Shown here piece after piece: positions 41,794-51,526 of a stretch of DNA of 64,000 nt. Source of the DNA: Clostridia bacterium (GTDB lineage Bacteria; Bacillota; Clostridia; Christensenellales; Aristaeellaceae). Numbering within the stretch: the stretch's first letter is position 1; every line of letters starts with the position of its first letter. The DNA lies in contig JAFUFB010000029.1 in the NCBI GenBank assembly GCA_017470145.1, positions 8,766 to 72,765 on the forward strand, read 5' to 3'. Made by a program: the position numbers and the translations under genes. The notes under the pieces were generated by a model. The model searched no databases. It was not told the origin of the DNA and saw nothing but the letters and a program-made list of their open reading frames with translations.

Positions 41794-42783
41794 TTATTCT
41801 TTGGTGGTTCCGCCGGAGGCATAATGCACGGGAAGGCAGATCAGCGAGGGAATGGTGGAAAGATGGCGGGATAGCACAGCGCTGACGCAGGCCTCCGCAA
41901 TATCCTGCACCGGCTGCACAATGGTGGAAACCACATAGGATTGATTCCCGAACATGCGGATGCCGTCAAAGCCGATGACCTGCACATCCTCCGGCACGCG
42001 GAAGCCCATCCGCTGCAGCGATTGAATGATTTGCCAGGCCAGCATGTCGGTTCCGAGAAAGAGACCATCCAGGGATAGCTTTCCGTCTACGACATGATCC
42101 TGCAGGAAGGCCTCAAATTGACTATAGGGCGCTTCATCCTCCAGGGCCAGCACCTCAAAGGAGAGCCCCAGCTCCACACAGGCACTGACAAAGCCATCCT
42201 TACGCTTGCTGGGCTCATTGGTCAGGGAAGAACCCGTCCGCAGGAAGGCCACCTTTCGGCAGCCGAATTCAGCCAGCTTTTGCGCTGCAATTCGGCCTCC
42301 GCCAAAGTTATCCGCCGCGATACAGGGGACGGAGACGGAAAAGAAGCGGTCAATAGTGACGAAGGGGATATCGTCAGGGATGGTTAGATTCGGATTATAG
42401 GTCAAGGCGATGATCCCATCGGCCCGATTCTGCCGAACCATCTGGATGAATTCCGTTTCCCGATCCCGGTCATATTCCGTAAAGCAGAGCAGCATCCGGT
42501 AATTCCGTTTCTCCAGCTCGATGTTAATATGATGCACCAGGAGCGCGAAGTAGGGGTTGATGGTGTTGGGAATGATCAGGGCGATGGTGTTCGTCCGATC
42601 CGTCCGAAGCGCGCGGCCGCTGTTATTATATTGATAACCCAGGCGCTGGATGGCCTCCTCCACCTTGCGGCGAAATTCCTCCCCGACCTGCTGGCCATTG
42701 ATGACGCGGGAGACGGTTCCCAGAGCGACGCCTGCTTCCCGGGCTACATCCGCCATGGTTGGGGCGTTCTTTGCTTTTGCCAC
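41794..42783 (-). CDS. LacI-family transcriptional regulator
   Basis: TMADVAREAGVALGTVSRVIN HTH, VPEDVQVIGFDG; GTG at 42783 after GGAGGG. Confidence 0.93.
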   Translation of the reverse strand: MAKAKNAPTMADVAREAGVALGTVSRVINGQQVGEEFRRKVEEAIQRLGYQYNNSGRALRTDRTNTIALIIPNTINPYFALLVHHINIELEKRNYRMLLCFTEYDRDRETEFIQMVRQNRADGIIALTYNPNLTIPDDIPFVTIDRFFSVSVPCIAADNFGGGRIAAQKLAEFGCRKVAFLRTGSSLTNEPSKRKDGFVSACVELGLSFEVLALEDEAPYSQFEAFLQDHVVDGKLSLDGLFLGTDMLAWQIIQSLQRMGFRVPEDVQVIGFDGIRMFGNQSYVVSTIVQPVQDIAEACVSAVLSRHLSTIPSLICLPVHYASGGTTKE

Positions 42784-42942
42784 AATGTATCCCTCCTGCG
42801 AATTGATAATTTCATGAAGCAGAATAGCATTTTCATGAAATAAAGTCAAGCCTTTTCTATGATAAAGTGAAATTAATCCAAGTCAGGCACTTCAAGAAAA
42901 CAGAGGATGGAAATATTTTTTGCGTTTTTTGCCAAAAGGGGA

Positions 42943-42972
42943 TTGACAGAGGAGGGATGAATATGGTATTTT
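42943..42972 (+). promoter_or_regulatory. Promoter of the sugar ABC operon
   Basis: TTGACA(42943-42948)-N18-TATTTT(42967-42972) with TG extension. Confidence 0.6.
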
Positions 42973-42983
42973 ATGAGCAGAGT

Positions 42984-43001
42984 TCATGAAACGTTTCATG
43001 A
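42984..43001. promoter_or_regulatory. Probable LacI-family operator
   Basis: Perfect 18-bp palindrome TCATGAAACGTTTCATGA with central CG, just downstream of the promoter and next to the divergent LacI gene. Confidence 0.75.
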
Positions 43002-43033
43002 GCAGGAAGAGAATCAATTCATGAAAAGGGGGA

Positions 43034-43969
43034 ATGGACATGACCTCAACGACCGCGAAGGCCCCGAAGGTTCATAAGAAGAGCCTGGGTCGTCGCATGA
43101 AGGACAGCTGGCAACTGTATGTGCTCCTGTTGATTCCGGTGGTGTTGACCATCGTGTACAAGTATGGGCCCATGTACGGGATCCAGATTGCCTTCCGGAA
43201 TTATAATCCCGGGCTGGGAATTACCGGGAGCCCCTGGGCGGGGTGGAAATGGTTCGAACGCTTCTTCCGGGCGCCCACCTTCGACCGGATGCTGTGGAAT
43301 ACGGTGAAGCTGAGCCTGTTCAGCCTGCTGTGGAGCTTTCCGGTGCCGATTCTGTTGAGCCTGGCGCTGAACCAGCTGCGGTTCAAGAAGCTGAAGCGCA
43401 CGGTGCAAACCGTGATCTACGCTCCGCACTTCATTTCTACCATGGTGGTTTGCGGTATGCTGCGGATCTTTCTGAGCCCCTCCGGCGGTCTGATCAACCT
43501 GATCGCGGGGACGAACATTGATTTCCTGACGGAATCCACCGCTTTCCGGACCATCTACGTGGCCAGCGGCATCTGGCAGGAAGCGGGCTGGGGAACCATC
43601 ATTTATCTGGCGACCTTGTCCAGCGTGGATCCCGCGCTGTATGAAGCGGCTAAGGTGGATGGCGCCAGCGTTTTCCAGCGGATTCTGCACATCGATGTGC
43701 CCTGCCTGCTGCCGATGATCATCCTGCAGCTGATCATGAGCGCATCCGGTCTCATGAGCGTTGGCTTCGAAAAGGCCTACCTGCTGCAGACGGATCTGAA
43801 CCGGGCGACCAGCGATATCATCGCCATCTATGTGTATGAACAGGGCATCGTCAGCGCCAAGTACGAATTGGGTACCGCGGTGGGCCTCTTCAATACCGCC
43901 ATCAATATCGTGCTGCTGTTGATCGTGAACCGCATCGCCAAGAAATATGGCGAAGTCAGCTTTGTGTAA
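43034..43969 (+). CDS. Carbohydrate ABC transporter permease (LplB-like)
   Basis: YGPMYGIQIAF, GWGTIIYLA, LYEAAKVDGA (EAA loop). Confidence 0.93.
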   Translation: MDMTSTTAKAPKVHKKSLGRRMKDSWQLYVLLLIPVVLTIVYKYGPMYGIQIAFRNYNPGLGITGSPWAGWKWFERFFRAPTFDRMLWNTVKLSLFSLLWSFPVPILLSLALNQLRFKKLKRTVQTVIYAPHFISTMVVCGMLRIFLSPSGGLINLIAGTNIDFLTESTAFRTIYVASGIWQEAGWGTIIYLATLSSVDPALYEAAKVDGASVFQRILHIDVPCLLPMIILQLIMSASGLMSVGFEKAYLLQTDLNRATSDIIAIYVYEQGIVSAKYELGTAVGLFNTAINIVLLLIVNRIAKKYGEVSFV

Positions 43970-43986
43970 GAGGGGAGGGGAAAGAA

Positions 43987-44898
43987 ATGTCTGTTGTCGC
44001 GAACAAGAAACAGGGTAAGCTGGGAGGCTTCAGCGACCGTACCAGCGATATCATCCTGATCGTGATCTCCGTGCTGATCCTTCTCCTGGTGGCCTACCCG
44101 CTGTATTACGTGCTGGTGGCTTCCTTCTCGGATCCCTATGATGTCTACGCCGGAAAAACCTTTGTGCTGCCCAGCCAGTTCACGCTGGACGGATATAAGG
44201 CTGTTTTTGCGGAACAGAACATTGTGCGGGGCTATGGAAACAGCATCCTGTACACCGTGGTGGGAACCATTTTTTCCGTAGCGATGATCTACCTGGTAGC
44301 TTATCCGCTGTCTGTCAGCGATTTGCCGGGCAAGAAGATTATCAGTATCTTCTTTATCATTACCATGTACTTCGGTGGCGGCCTGATTCCCACCTACCTG
44401 ATCGTGCAGAAGACAGGGATCATGCAGACGATTTGGGCCATGTTCCTGCCGGGCGGCGTGGCGGTCAGCAACGCCATCATCGCCCGGAACTACTTCGAAT
44501 CCAGCATCCCTGGATCCTTGAAGGAAGCGGCCAGCATTGATGGCGCGAACCATTTTCGAATTTTCTTCTCCATGATTATTCCGCTGAGCATGCCGATCCT
44601 TTCCGTGATGGTGGTGTTCTCCATGGTGGCCTACTGGAATGATTGGTTCACCGCCCTGATTTACATGACCAATGAACAGGCGCCGCTGCCCCTGGTGCTG
44701 CGGAACATCCTGATCAAGTCTTCCGCTTCCGCTGCCCAGGCCAGCATGATTAACGGTGGTTATGCGGAGCTGAACAAGATGACGGAAATGATCAAGTTCT
44801 CCTCCATCATCATCGCCGCAGCTCCTATGCTGATTATCTATCCCTTCGTGCAGAAGTACTTCGAAAAGGGCCTCATGGCCGGCGCAGTGAAGGGTTAA
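43987..44898 (+). CDS. Carbohydrate ABC transporter permease (LplC-like)
   Basis: TMYFGGGLIPTY, EAASIDGA, YWNDWF, YPFVQKYF.KG. Confidence 0.93.
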   Translation: MSVVANKKQGKLGGFSDRTSDIILIVISVLILLLVAYPLYYVLVASFSDPYDVYAGKTFVLPSQFTLDGYKAVFAEQNIVRGYGNSILYTVVGTIFSVAMIYLVAYPLSVSDLPGKKIISIFFIITMYFGGGLIPTYLIVQKTGIMQTIWAMFLPGGVAVSNAIIARNYFESSIPGSLKEAASIDGANHFRIFFSMIIPLSMPILSVMVVFSMVAYWNDWFTALIYMTNEQAPLPLVLRNILIKSSASAAQASMINGGYAELNKMTEMIKFSSIIIAAAPMLIIYPFVQKYFEKGLMAGAVKG

Positions 44899-44979
44899 AA
44901 TTCGACGACCGCCCACCCCACCCCTTGTACCTCGGCATCAAAAAGATGCTGAAAATATATTAACATAGGAGGATTTCCC

Positions 44980-46599
44980 ATGAAAAAGCTCGTATCTCTC
45001 ATCCTGGCGATGGCTTTGATGCTGTCCCTGGTGTCCTTCGCTTCCGCGGAGGAACAGACTCAGTTCAATGTGCTCAGCGGCATATCCGCCCTGTCCGGCG
45101 GATACGAAAACAGCGAAGTGCTGAACGCCATGCAGGAGCAGGCCGGCATTACCATTAAGTGGGACACCTGGTCTGACAGCCTGAGTGAAGTTGTTGGCAC
45201 CCGCATCAGCGGCAATGCCGCCAGCAAGGATCCCATCGATGCCTTCCAGGCCGTGGGCTTCAGCAACTATGATCTGATGCGGTATGGCTCTGCCGGCACC
45301 TTCATCGATCTGACCCCCTACATTACCCCCGAAATCATGCCCAACCTGACCGCGATTTTGGAATCCCATCCCGCTGTGAAGGCTGCTATCACCATGAACG
45401 ACGGGAAGATTTATGGCCTGCCCGCAGGTGAGCAGATGGGCACCGCCGGCATCGGTAAGGAGAAGGATTATTCCATCTTCAGCGTGCCCCAGTTCTCCAT
45501 GATCAACAAAGCTTGGCTGGATGACCTGGGCTTGGAGGTTCCCACCACCCTGGATGAGCTGCACACCGTGCTGACCGCTTTCAAAGAGAACGACATGTCC
45601 GCCAAGTATTATGGCAACGAAGCGGGTTCCACCATTCCTATGAGCACTGGTTATGATGAGTGGTGCTGGGGACAGAACGTGTTCTATGCAGGTTTCGGCT
45701 TCACCAACTGGATCAATGACGTGTGCATGGACCTGGTGGTGGACAAGGATGGCAAGGTGAACTTCGTCTCCGATGACGATAACTATCGCGCGGCCCTGAC
45801 CTATTTCCATGACTGGTTCGCAGAAGGGCTGATGGATCTGGAAATGTTCTCTCAGGACACCAACCAGCTGATTGCCAAGTGCTCTGGCGGCCGTGTGGGC
45901 GTCAGCACCTGGTGGGAAATCAACGAGATCATGGGTGAGCACGCGGCGGACTATGTGTACCTGCCCATCCTGACTGGCCCGGACGGCACCAGCAATGTGA
46001 ACCTGCGGACCGGCGGCGCTACCAACGCGGGCCAGCTGTCCATCACCGCCCAGTGCAAGAATCCCGCCAAGCTGCTGAGCTTCTACGACCTGTGGTATGA
46101 AGGCGAAAACGTGATGCAGCTGCAGTATGGCCCCATTGGTGTGTACTTCACTGCCCAGGATGAGAAGGGCATGTGGATCTCCATCACGGACGAGGAATCC
46201 CGCGAAAAGTATAATAAGTCCTCTGGTGAGCTGAAGGCCCAGATGGAAGTGGCTGGCCCGAAGCTGATTCTGAGCGAATACTACAATGAGTATTTTTACA
46301 TGGAAGATCGTGCCCAGGAGCGTCTGGCGGATACCTATGATTACTGGATGCAGTTCGTGAAGGACGATTCATTCTATCCTCAAGATTGCGTCTTCACGGA
46401 AGCGGAGCTGGATGACATCGACTACTATCGCGCCGATTTCGAGAAGGCCGTTTCTGAGCAGGAAGCCCTGTGGATCAAGAACGGCGGCCCCACCGACCAG
46501 GAATGGGAAGCCTACAAGAGCTATCTGGAGCGCTGTGGAATGAGCACCCTGCTGGAGATCTATCAGAATGTGTATGATCGCTATCTGGCGGCACAGTAA
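44980..46599 (+). CDS. ABC transporter solute-binding protein (LplA-like)
   Basis: Signal peptide ending ASA; DGKIYGLP, INKAWLDDLGLEVPTTLDEL; follows two permeases. Confidence 0.9.
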   Translation: MKKLVSLILAMALMLSLVSFASAEEQTQFNVLSGISALSGGYENSEVLNAMQEQAGITIKWDTWSDSLSEVVGTRISGNAASKDPIDAFQAVGFSNYDLMRYGSAGTFIDLTPYITPEIMPNLTAILESHPAVKAAITMNDGKIYGLPAGEQMGTAGIGKEKDYSIFSVPQFSMINKAWLDDLGLEVPTTLDELHTVLTAFKENDMSAKYYGNEAGSTIPMSTGYDEWCWGQNVFYAGFGFTNWINDVCMDLVVDKDGKVNFVSDDDNYRAALTYFHDWFAEGLMDLEMFSQDTNQLIAKCSGGRVGVSTWWEINEIMGEHAADYVYLPILTGPDGTSNVNLRTGGATNAGQLSITAQCKNPAKLLSFYDLWYEGENVMQLQYGPIGVYFTAQDEKGMWISITDEESREKYNKSSGELKAQMEVAGPKLILSEYYNEYFYMEDRAQERLADTYDYWMQFVKDDSFYPQDCVFTEAELDDIDYYRADFEKAVSEQEALWIKNGGPTDQEWEAYKSYLERCGMSTLLEIYQNVYDRYLAAQ

Positions 46600-46678
46600 A
46601 ATCGTGGTATAATGAATCACGCCGGGGGCCGGTTTGCCGGTCCCCGGTTTATGCAAGGAAAATAGAGGAGGTATCCCC

Positions 46679-48151
46679 ATGAGCATTAACCCTCTCCCCC
46701 TGGTTCGGGTACGGGAATTCGAAAGAGAACAGGCCCAGAAAATCTCCGCCCAGGAGCGGCCGCTATTCCATCTGACCCCCTTGGTGGGGTGGATGAACGA
46801 TCCGAACGGGTTTTGTTACTATGGGGGGCAATACCATCTGTTCTACCAATACCATCCTTTTTCCCGTCAATGGGGGCCCATGCATTGGGGCCATGTGGTC
46901 AGCTTCGACCTGCTGCACTGGACCTATCAGCCTTGTGCTCTGGCGCCGGACACGGCGGCGGACGCGGGGGGATGCTTCTCCGGAAGTGCGGTGCCGCTGC
47001 CGGACGGGCGGCTGATGCTGTGCTATACGGGAGTGCAGCCAGCGGGGACCTTCCGGCGGGAAACCCAGGCTCAGTGCGTGGCCTTCGGAGATGGGGTTAA
47101 TTTTGAAAAGAGCCTGCTAAACCCGGTGGTGCGGCACGCCCATTTGCCGGAGGGATACAGCGAGTTTGATTTCCGGGATCCGAAGATTTGGCTGACGGAG
47201 GATGGTTCTTTCCGCATGGTGGCGGGGAATCGGCACGTGGAAAAGAAGGGGACGGCGGTCCTGTTTGCCAGCCAGGATGGATTGGATTGGCAATTCAAGG
47301 GAGAGATTGACGCCAGCCGCGGCGAATACGGCCACATGTGGGAATGCCCAGATTTCTTCCCGCTGGAGGGAAAGCAGGTGTTGATGGTTAGCCCGCAGAA
47401 GATGCAAGCTCGGGAGGAATTCCATGCCGGAGACGGCACCATGGCCATCCTGGGAACCTTCGATGATCAGGAATGCCGCTTCACCCGGGAGAGCGTCCAG
47501 CCGGTGGACCACGGCCTGACCTTTTATGCTCCCCAGACGATGCAGGCCCCGGACGGGCGGCGGATCATGATCGGCTGGATGGATAATTGGGAAACCTGCA
47601 AAGAAGCGCCTCGGCGCCACCCTTGGTACGCCCAGATGAGCGTGCCGCGGGAGCTATTTCTGCGGGAGGGGAGGCTTTGCCAGCGGCCGGTCAGGGAGAT
47701 GGAAACCCTGTGGCAGGATACGATTTTGCAGGAGGCCACGGTGGCCCAGGAGGAAATCAGCCTGCTGGGCGTGCAGGGCCGGCTGATGGATATGACAATT
47801 CAACTGCAGACGGCGAATTCAGCTTGCCGCAGGTTTACCCTGCGGGTCGCCCGGGATGAAAGCCACTTTATACAGATTCGATGCGATCTGGCTCGGGGAG
47901 AGCTGGTTTTCGATCGCAGCCATGGCGGTTCTGTTCGGGATATTGCGCATACCCGGCATGTGAAGGCGGAACCGCGGGAAGGGCAGTTGACGCTGCGGCT
48001 GCTGATGGATAAGGAGAGCATCGAGCTGTTCATCAACGAAGGGGAGCGGGTGGTCACCTCCCTGATCCCCACGCCGCTGAAAGCAGAGGGAATTACTTTC
48101 GCCGCGGACGCACCAATACAAGTAAAGGTATCCGCGCACCATTTAGGATGA
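46679..48151 (+). CDS. GH32 beta-fructofuranosidase / sucrose hydrolase (cytoplasmic)
   Basis: WMNDPNG, WGH, FSGSA, FRDPK, MWECPD catalytic motifs; ATG at 46679 after GAGGAGG. Confidence 0.95.
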   Translation: MSINPLPLVRVREFEREQAQKISAQERPLFHLTPLVGWMNDPNGFCYYGGQYHLFYQYHPFSRQWGPMHWGHVVSFDLLHWTYQPCALAPDTAADAGGCFSGSAVPLPDGRLMLCYTGVQPAGTFRRETQAQCVAFGDGVNFEKSLLNPVVRHAHLPEGYSEFDFRDPKIWLTEDGSFRMVAGNRHVEKKGTAVLFASQDGLDWQFKGEIDASRGEYGHMWECPDFFPLEGKQVLMVSPQKMQAREEFHAGDGTMAILGTFDDQECRFTRESVQPVDHGLTFYAPQTMQAPDGRRIMIGWMDNWETCKEAPRRHPWYAQMSVPRELFLREGRLCQRPVREMETLWQDTILQEATVAQEEISLLGVQGRLMDMTIQLQTANSACRRFTLRVARDESHFIQIRCDLARGELVFDRSHGGSVRDIAHTRHVKAEPREGQLTLRLLMDKESIELFINEGERVVTSLIPTPLKAEGITFAADAPIQVKVSAHHLG

Positions 48152-48226
48152 AACACGGGGACGGTCTTTTTCGTTTCATGAAACGAAAAAGACCGTCCCC
48201 GTGTTTCAGACCGTCCCCGTGTTTCA
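48149..48226. repeat. REP-like units, locus 3: two inverted 30-bp copies (60-bp perfect palindrome) plus an 18-bp partial copy
   Basis: 48149-48178 tgaaacacggggacggtctttttcgtttca; 48179-48208 its reverse complement; 48209-48226 gaccgtccccgtgtttca. Confidence 0.9.
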
Positions 48227-48230
48227 CTCC

Positions 48231-48259
48231 TTGTGTTTCTATTCATGTTCGGATATAAT
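48231..48259 (+). promoter_or_regulatory. SigA-type promoter for the second AKR gene
   Basis: TTGTGT(48231-48236)-N17-TATAAT(48254-48259). Confidence 0.55.
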
Positions 48260-48321
48260 GGGCGCAGCAAGCAGAATCCGAGAGAATGAATGGAAATCGA
48301 GGAGAGGAGAATAGCAGCATT

Positions 48322-49281
48322 ATGAGAAAGCAGTCCTTCGGAAATTATCAAGTATCCGTGATTGGCCTTGGCAGTAGCGAATTCGGCGGAAAATGCCCGG
48401 AAAACCAGGCTTGGGAATTCATGGACAGGTTCGTAGCTCTGGGAGGTAACTTTATTGACACCGCCCGGGTCTACGGGGATTTTGTAACCCCAAAGGATGG
48501 CGAGAGCGAGAAGGTGATTGGCCGATGGCTGTCCGCGCGTCATCTGCGGGATCAAATTTTCCTCAGCACTAAGGGCGGGCACCCGCGCCTGTGGTCCATG
48601 CGCCAGAGCCGGCTCAGCCGGGAGGAGGTTCGCGGAGACATGGCGGACAGCCTGAACGATTTGCAGACTGATCATGTGGAGATTTACTGGCTGCACCGGG
48701 ATGATGAGCACCGCCCAGTTGGGGAGATCATGGAAACCCTGCAGAGCTTGATTGACGATGGTTGGACACGAATGGTAGGCGTCTCCAACTGGCAGCCCGG
48801 CCGCATTCGGGAAGCGAACGCTTATGCGGAGCACCATGGACTGACGAAAATCATCGCCAATCAGCCCCAGTTCAGCCTGGCAGCGCAAAAGAAATCATTG
48901 GATCCCACCCTGGTAACCATGAATGAGGAAATCTGGCATCTGCACAAAGAAGCAGGCTTGGTCTGCTGCTGTTTCTCCTCCCAGGCCCATGGATTCTTTA
49001 CAAAGCTGGAGCAGGACGGCGTAGAGGCGCTGTCCGAGAATGTGAAGACCGAATTCTTGACAGAGGAGAACCTGGCCTGCTATCAGCGGATGAAAGCCCT
49101 TCAGCAGGAAACGGGAATTAGCATCGGCGCAATTGCATTGGCCTATCTGACCAGTCAACCCTTCCCCACCTTCGCCCTGGTGGGCGCCAGTAAAATGACC
49201 CATATCGACGCGTTGCAGGAAGCCGGCGACGCGTTGCTCACCGATCAGCAGCGGGATCAGCTGCGGAGCTTCGTGAAATAA
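48322..49281 (+). CDS. Aldo/keto reductase
   Basis: GGNFIDTARVY, STKGGHP, YWLHRDD, GVSNW. Confidence 0.88.
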   Translation: MRKQSFGNYQVSVIGLGSSEFGGKCPENQAWEFMDRFVALGGNFIDTARVYGDFVTPKDGESEKVIGRWLSARHLRDQIFLSTKGGHPRLWSMRQSRLSREEVRGDMADSLNDLQTDHVEIYWLHRDDEHRPVGEIMETLQSLIDDGWTRMVGVSNWQPGRIREANAYAEHHGLTKIIANQPQFSLAAQKKSLDPTLVTMNEEIWHLHKEAGLVCCCFSSQAHGFFTKLEQDGVEALSENVKTEFLTEENLACYQRMKALQQETGISIGAIALAYLTSQPFPTFALVGASKMTHIDALQEAGDALLTDQQRDQLRSFVK

Positions 49282-49392
49282 CGCCCCCGCATGGGGATGG
49301 AGCCTGGGAATCCTTGCAAAGCAAACAGAAGACGAATTCATCGTCTCCTTCAGATAAAGTCAATATAATCGTATCGTGGGGAGGAAACACAA

Positions 49393-51459
49393 ATGCGTTT
49401 TGAAAGACAGGGGAATCGGGTGCTGATCCACAGCGGAGCCAGCCAGCTTTGGATCGATCCATGGGGACCGGACAGCGTCCGCGTCCGCATGACCATGGAG
49501 GCAGAGATGGACGGTCATGACTGGGCGCTGACAGAAAAGGTGCCGGAGGTACAGCCGGAGATCACCTTCGCGGAAGTGGATACCACCGATCCCTGGTATC
49601 GGGGGGAGGATTATGCCAAATACCATCAGAAGGGAACGGAGATTACCTTCCGCAACGGGAAGCTGACCGTCAAGGTGAATCATGAAGGATGGATCAGCTT
49701 TTATAATCAGCGGGGCGAGCTGCTGACGGAGGAATACTGGCGGAATCGCAATCGGCTGAACCGGTATTGTACCTCCCTGCGCTTTCCAGCCCGGGAGCTG
49801 AAGCCCATTCCTGGCACCACGGACTATGCCCTGTCTGCCCGTTTCGAAGCCTTTGACGATGAAATGATCTTCGGCATGGGGCAATATCAGGATCGACAGC
49901 TGAATAAGAAGGGCTCCCTGCTGGGGCTGTGTCATCGGAATTCCCAGGCCAGCGTCCCCTTCTTCGTCAGCAGCAGAGGCTATGGCTTCTTCTGGAACAA
50001 TCCAGCCATTGGCACGGTCACTTTCGGCACGAACCGGACGGAATGGACCGCCCGATCCACCCGCAAAATGGATTATTATGTCACCTGCGGTGATACCCCG
50101 GCGGAGATTGAAGAACACTATACTCTGGCTACCGGGCGCACTCCCATGATGCCAGAATTCGGCATGGGATATTGGCAGTGCAAGCTGCGCTATCGGACCC
50201 AGGAGGAATTGATGGCTGTTGCCCGGGAGCATAAGCGCCGGGGGTTCCCCATGGACGCCATCGTGGTGGATTTCTTCCACTGGACCCGCCAGGGGGATTT
50301 CAAGTTTGAACCCTTGGACTGGCCGGACCCGGAGGGCATGATTCGGGAGCTGCGGGATATGGGAATCGAGACGGTGGTTTCCGTCTGGCCCACCATCGAT
50401 GAGAAAAGTGAAAACTATGGAGAGATGGCGGATCGTGGCTACCTGGTAAAGACGGACCGGGGCAATGACGTCAGCACCTGGATGGGCGACGCGGTTTATT
50501 TCGACGCAACCCATCCAGGCGCCCAGCGATTCGTCTGGGAAAAATGCAAACAGAACTATTATGACAAGGGGATCCGCTGCTTCTGGCTGGACGAGGCCGA
50601 GCCAGAATACGCTTCCTATGAGTTTGACAATTATCGCTACTGGGCAGGACCTGCGCTGCAATGCTCCAATGTATATCCAGTGGGATATGCCAAGGGCTTC
50701 TATGATGGGATGAAGGCCGAGGGCCAGGAGGACATTCTGTCCCTGGTTCGCTGTGCCTGGGCAGGAAGCCAGAAATACGCGGTGCTGGCTTGGTCTGGAG
50801 ATGTTCATTCCTCCTTCCGGGCCATGCGGGAACAGCTGCAGGCCGGGCTATCCATGTCCATGGCGGGAATTCCCTGGTGGACCTGCGATCTGGGTGGATT
50901 CATGGGCGGAGATATCAGCGATCCCGCCTTTAAGGAGCTCCTGCTCCGCTGGTTTGCCTGGGGCTGTTTCCTGCCCGTGTTCCGGATGCACGGGGAGCGT
51001 TCCCCCTGGTATGAACGGGAGCAGGAATACCGGAATGGGGTGCGCCAGCTCACCTCCGGCCAGGATAATGAGGTTTGGAGCTTCGGAGAGGAAAACACGC
51101 CAAAGCTGGCTCGTTATCTGTTTATCCGGGAGAAAATCCGGCCTTATGTTCGCCGGCTGATGCGCCAAGCCCATGAAACCGGCGCGCCGGTGATGCGCCC
51201 GCTGTTCTATGATTTTCCCAAGGATCCGGAGGCCGCCCGGACGGAGGATTGCTATATGTTCGGCCCGGATCTGCTGGTGGCTCCTGTGATGGAGGCCGGC
51301 GTAACCACTCGAACCATCTATCTGCCCCAGGGGGCCACTTGGAAAGACGCGTACACCGGGGAAATTTATGCTGGAGGACAACAGGTAACCGTTCCCGCAC
51401 CCATCGACATCATCCCTGTAATGATTCGTGATCAGGCGGATATCTCAATTTACGAATGA
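49393..51459 (+). CDS. GH31 glycoside hydrolase (alpha-xylosidase/alpha-glucosidase-like)
   Basis: GYWQCKLRY, VVDFFHW, FWLDEAEP (nucleophile), WSGDV, GPDLLVAPV. Confidence 0.92.
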   Translation: MRFERQGNRVLIHSGASQLWIDPWGPDSVRVRMTMEAEMDGHDWALTEKVPEVQPEITFAEVDTTDPWYRGEDYAKYHQKGTEITFRNGKLTVKVNHEGWISFYNQRGELLTEEYWRNRNRLNRYCTSLRFPARELKPIPGTTDYALSARFEAFDDEMIFGMGQYQDRQLNKKGSLLGLCHRNSQASVPFFVSSRGYGFFWNNPAIGTVTFGTNRTEWTARSTRKMDYYVTCGDTPAEIEEHYTLATGRTPMMPEFGMGYWQCKLRYRTQEELMAVAREHKRRGFPMDAIVVDFFHWTRQGDFKFEPLDWPDPEGMIRELRDMGIETVVSVWPTIDEKSENYGEMADRGYLVKTDRGNDVSTWMGDAVYFDATHPGAQRFVWEKCKQNYYDKGIRCFWLDEAEPEYASYEFDNYRYWAGPALQCSNVYPVGYAKGFYDGMKAEGQEDILSLVRCAWAGSQKYAVLAWSGDVHSSFRAMREQLQAGLSMSMAGIPWWTCDLGGFMGGDISDPAFKELLLRWFAWGCFLPVFRMHGERSPWYEREQEYRNGVRQLTSGQDNEVWSFGEENTPKLARYLFIREKIRPYVRRLMRQAHETGAPVMRPLFYDFPKDPEAARTEDCYMFGPDLLVAPVMEAGVTTRTIYLPQGATWKDAYTGEIYAGGQQVTVPAPIDIIPVMIRDQADISIYE

Positions 51460-51480
51460 GTGAAATAGAAAATAGAAAAT

Positions 51481-51516
51481 GAAAAAGACCGTCCCCGTGT
51501 TTCAGGGACGGTCTTT
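51481..51516. repeat. REP-like unit, locus 4, forming a hairpin between convergent genes (probable terminator)
   Basis: aaagaccgtccc-cgtgtttca-gggacggtcttt. Confidence 0.8.
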
Positions 51517-51526
51517 GGTGGTAGGC

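Noticed and set aside
48149-48226. 30-bp repeats with GAAAC/GTTTC ends as CRISPR repeats
   Set aside because: Copies are dispersed or directly abutting in inverted orientation, with no unique spacers and no cas genes
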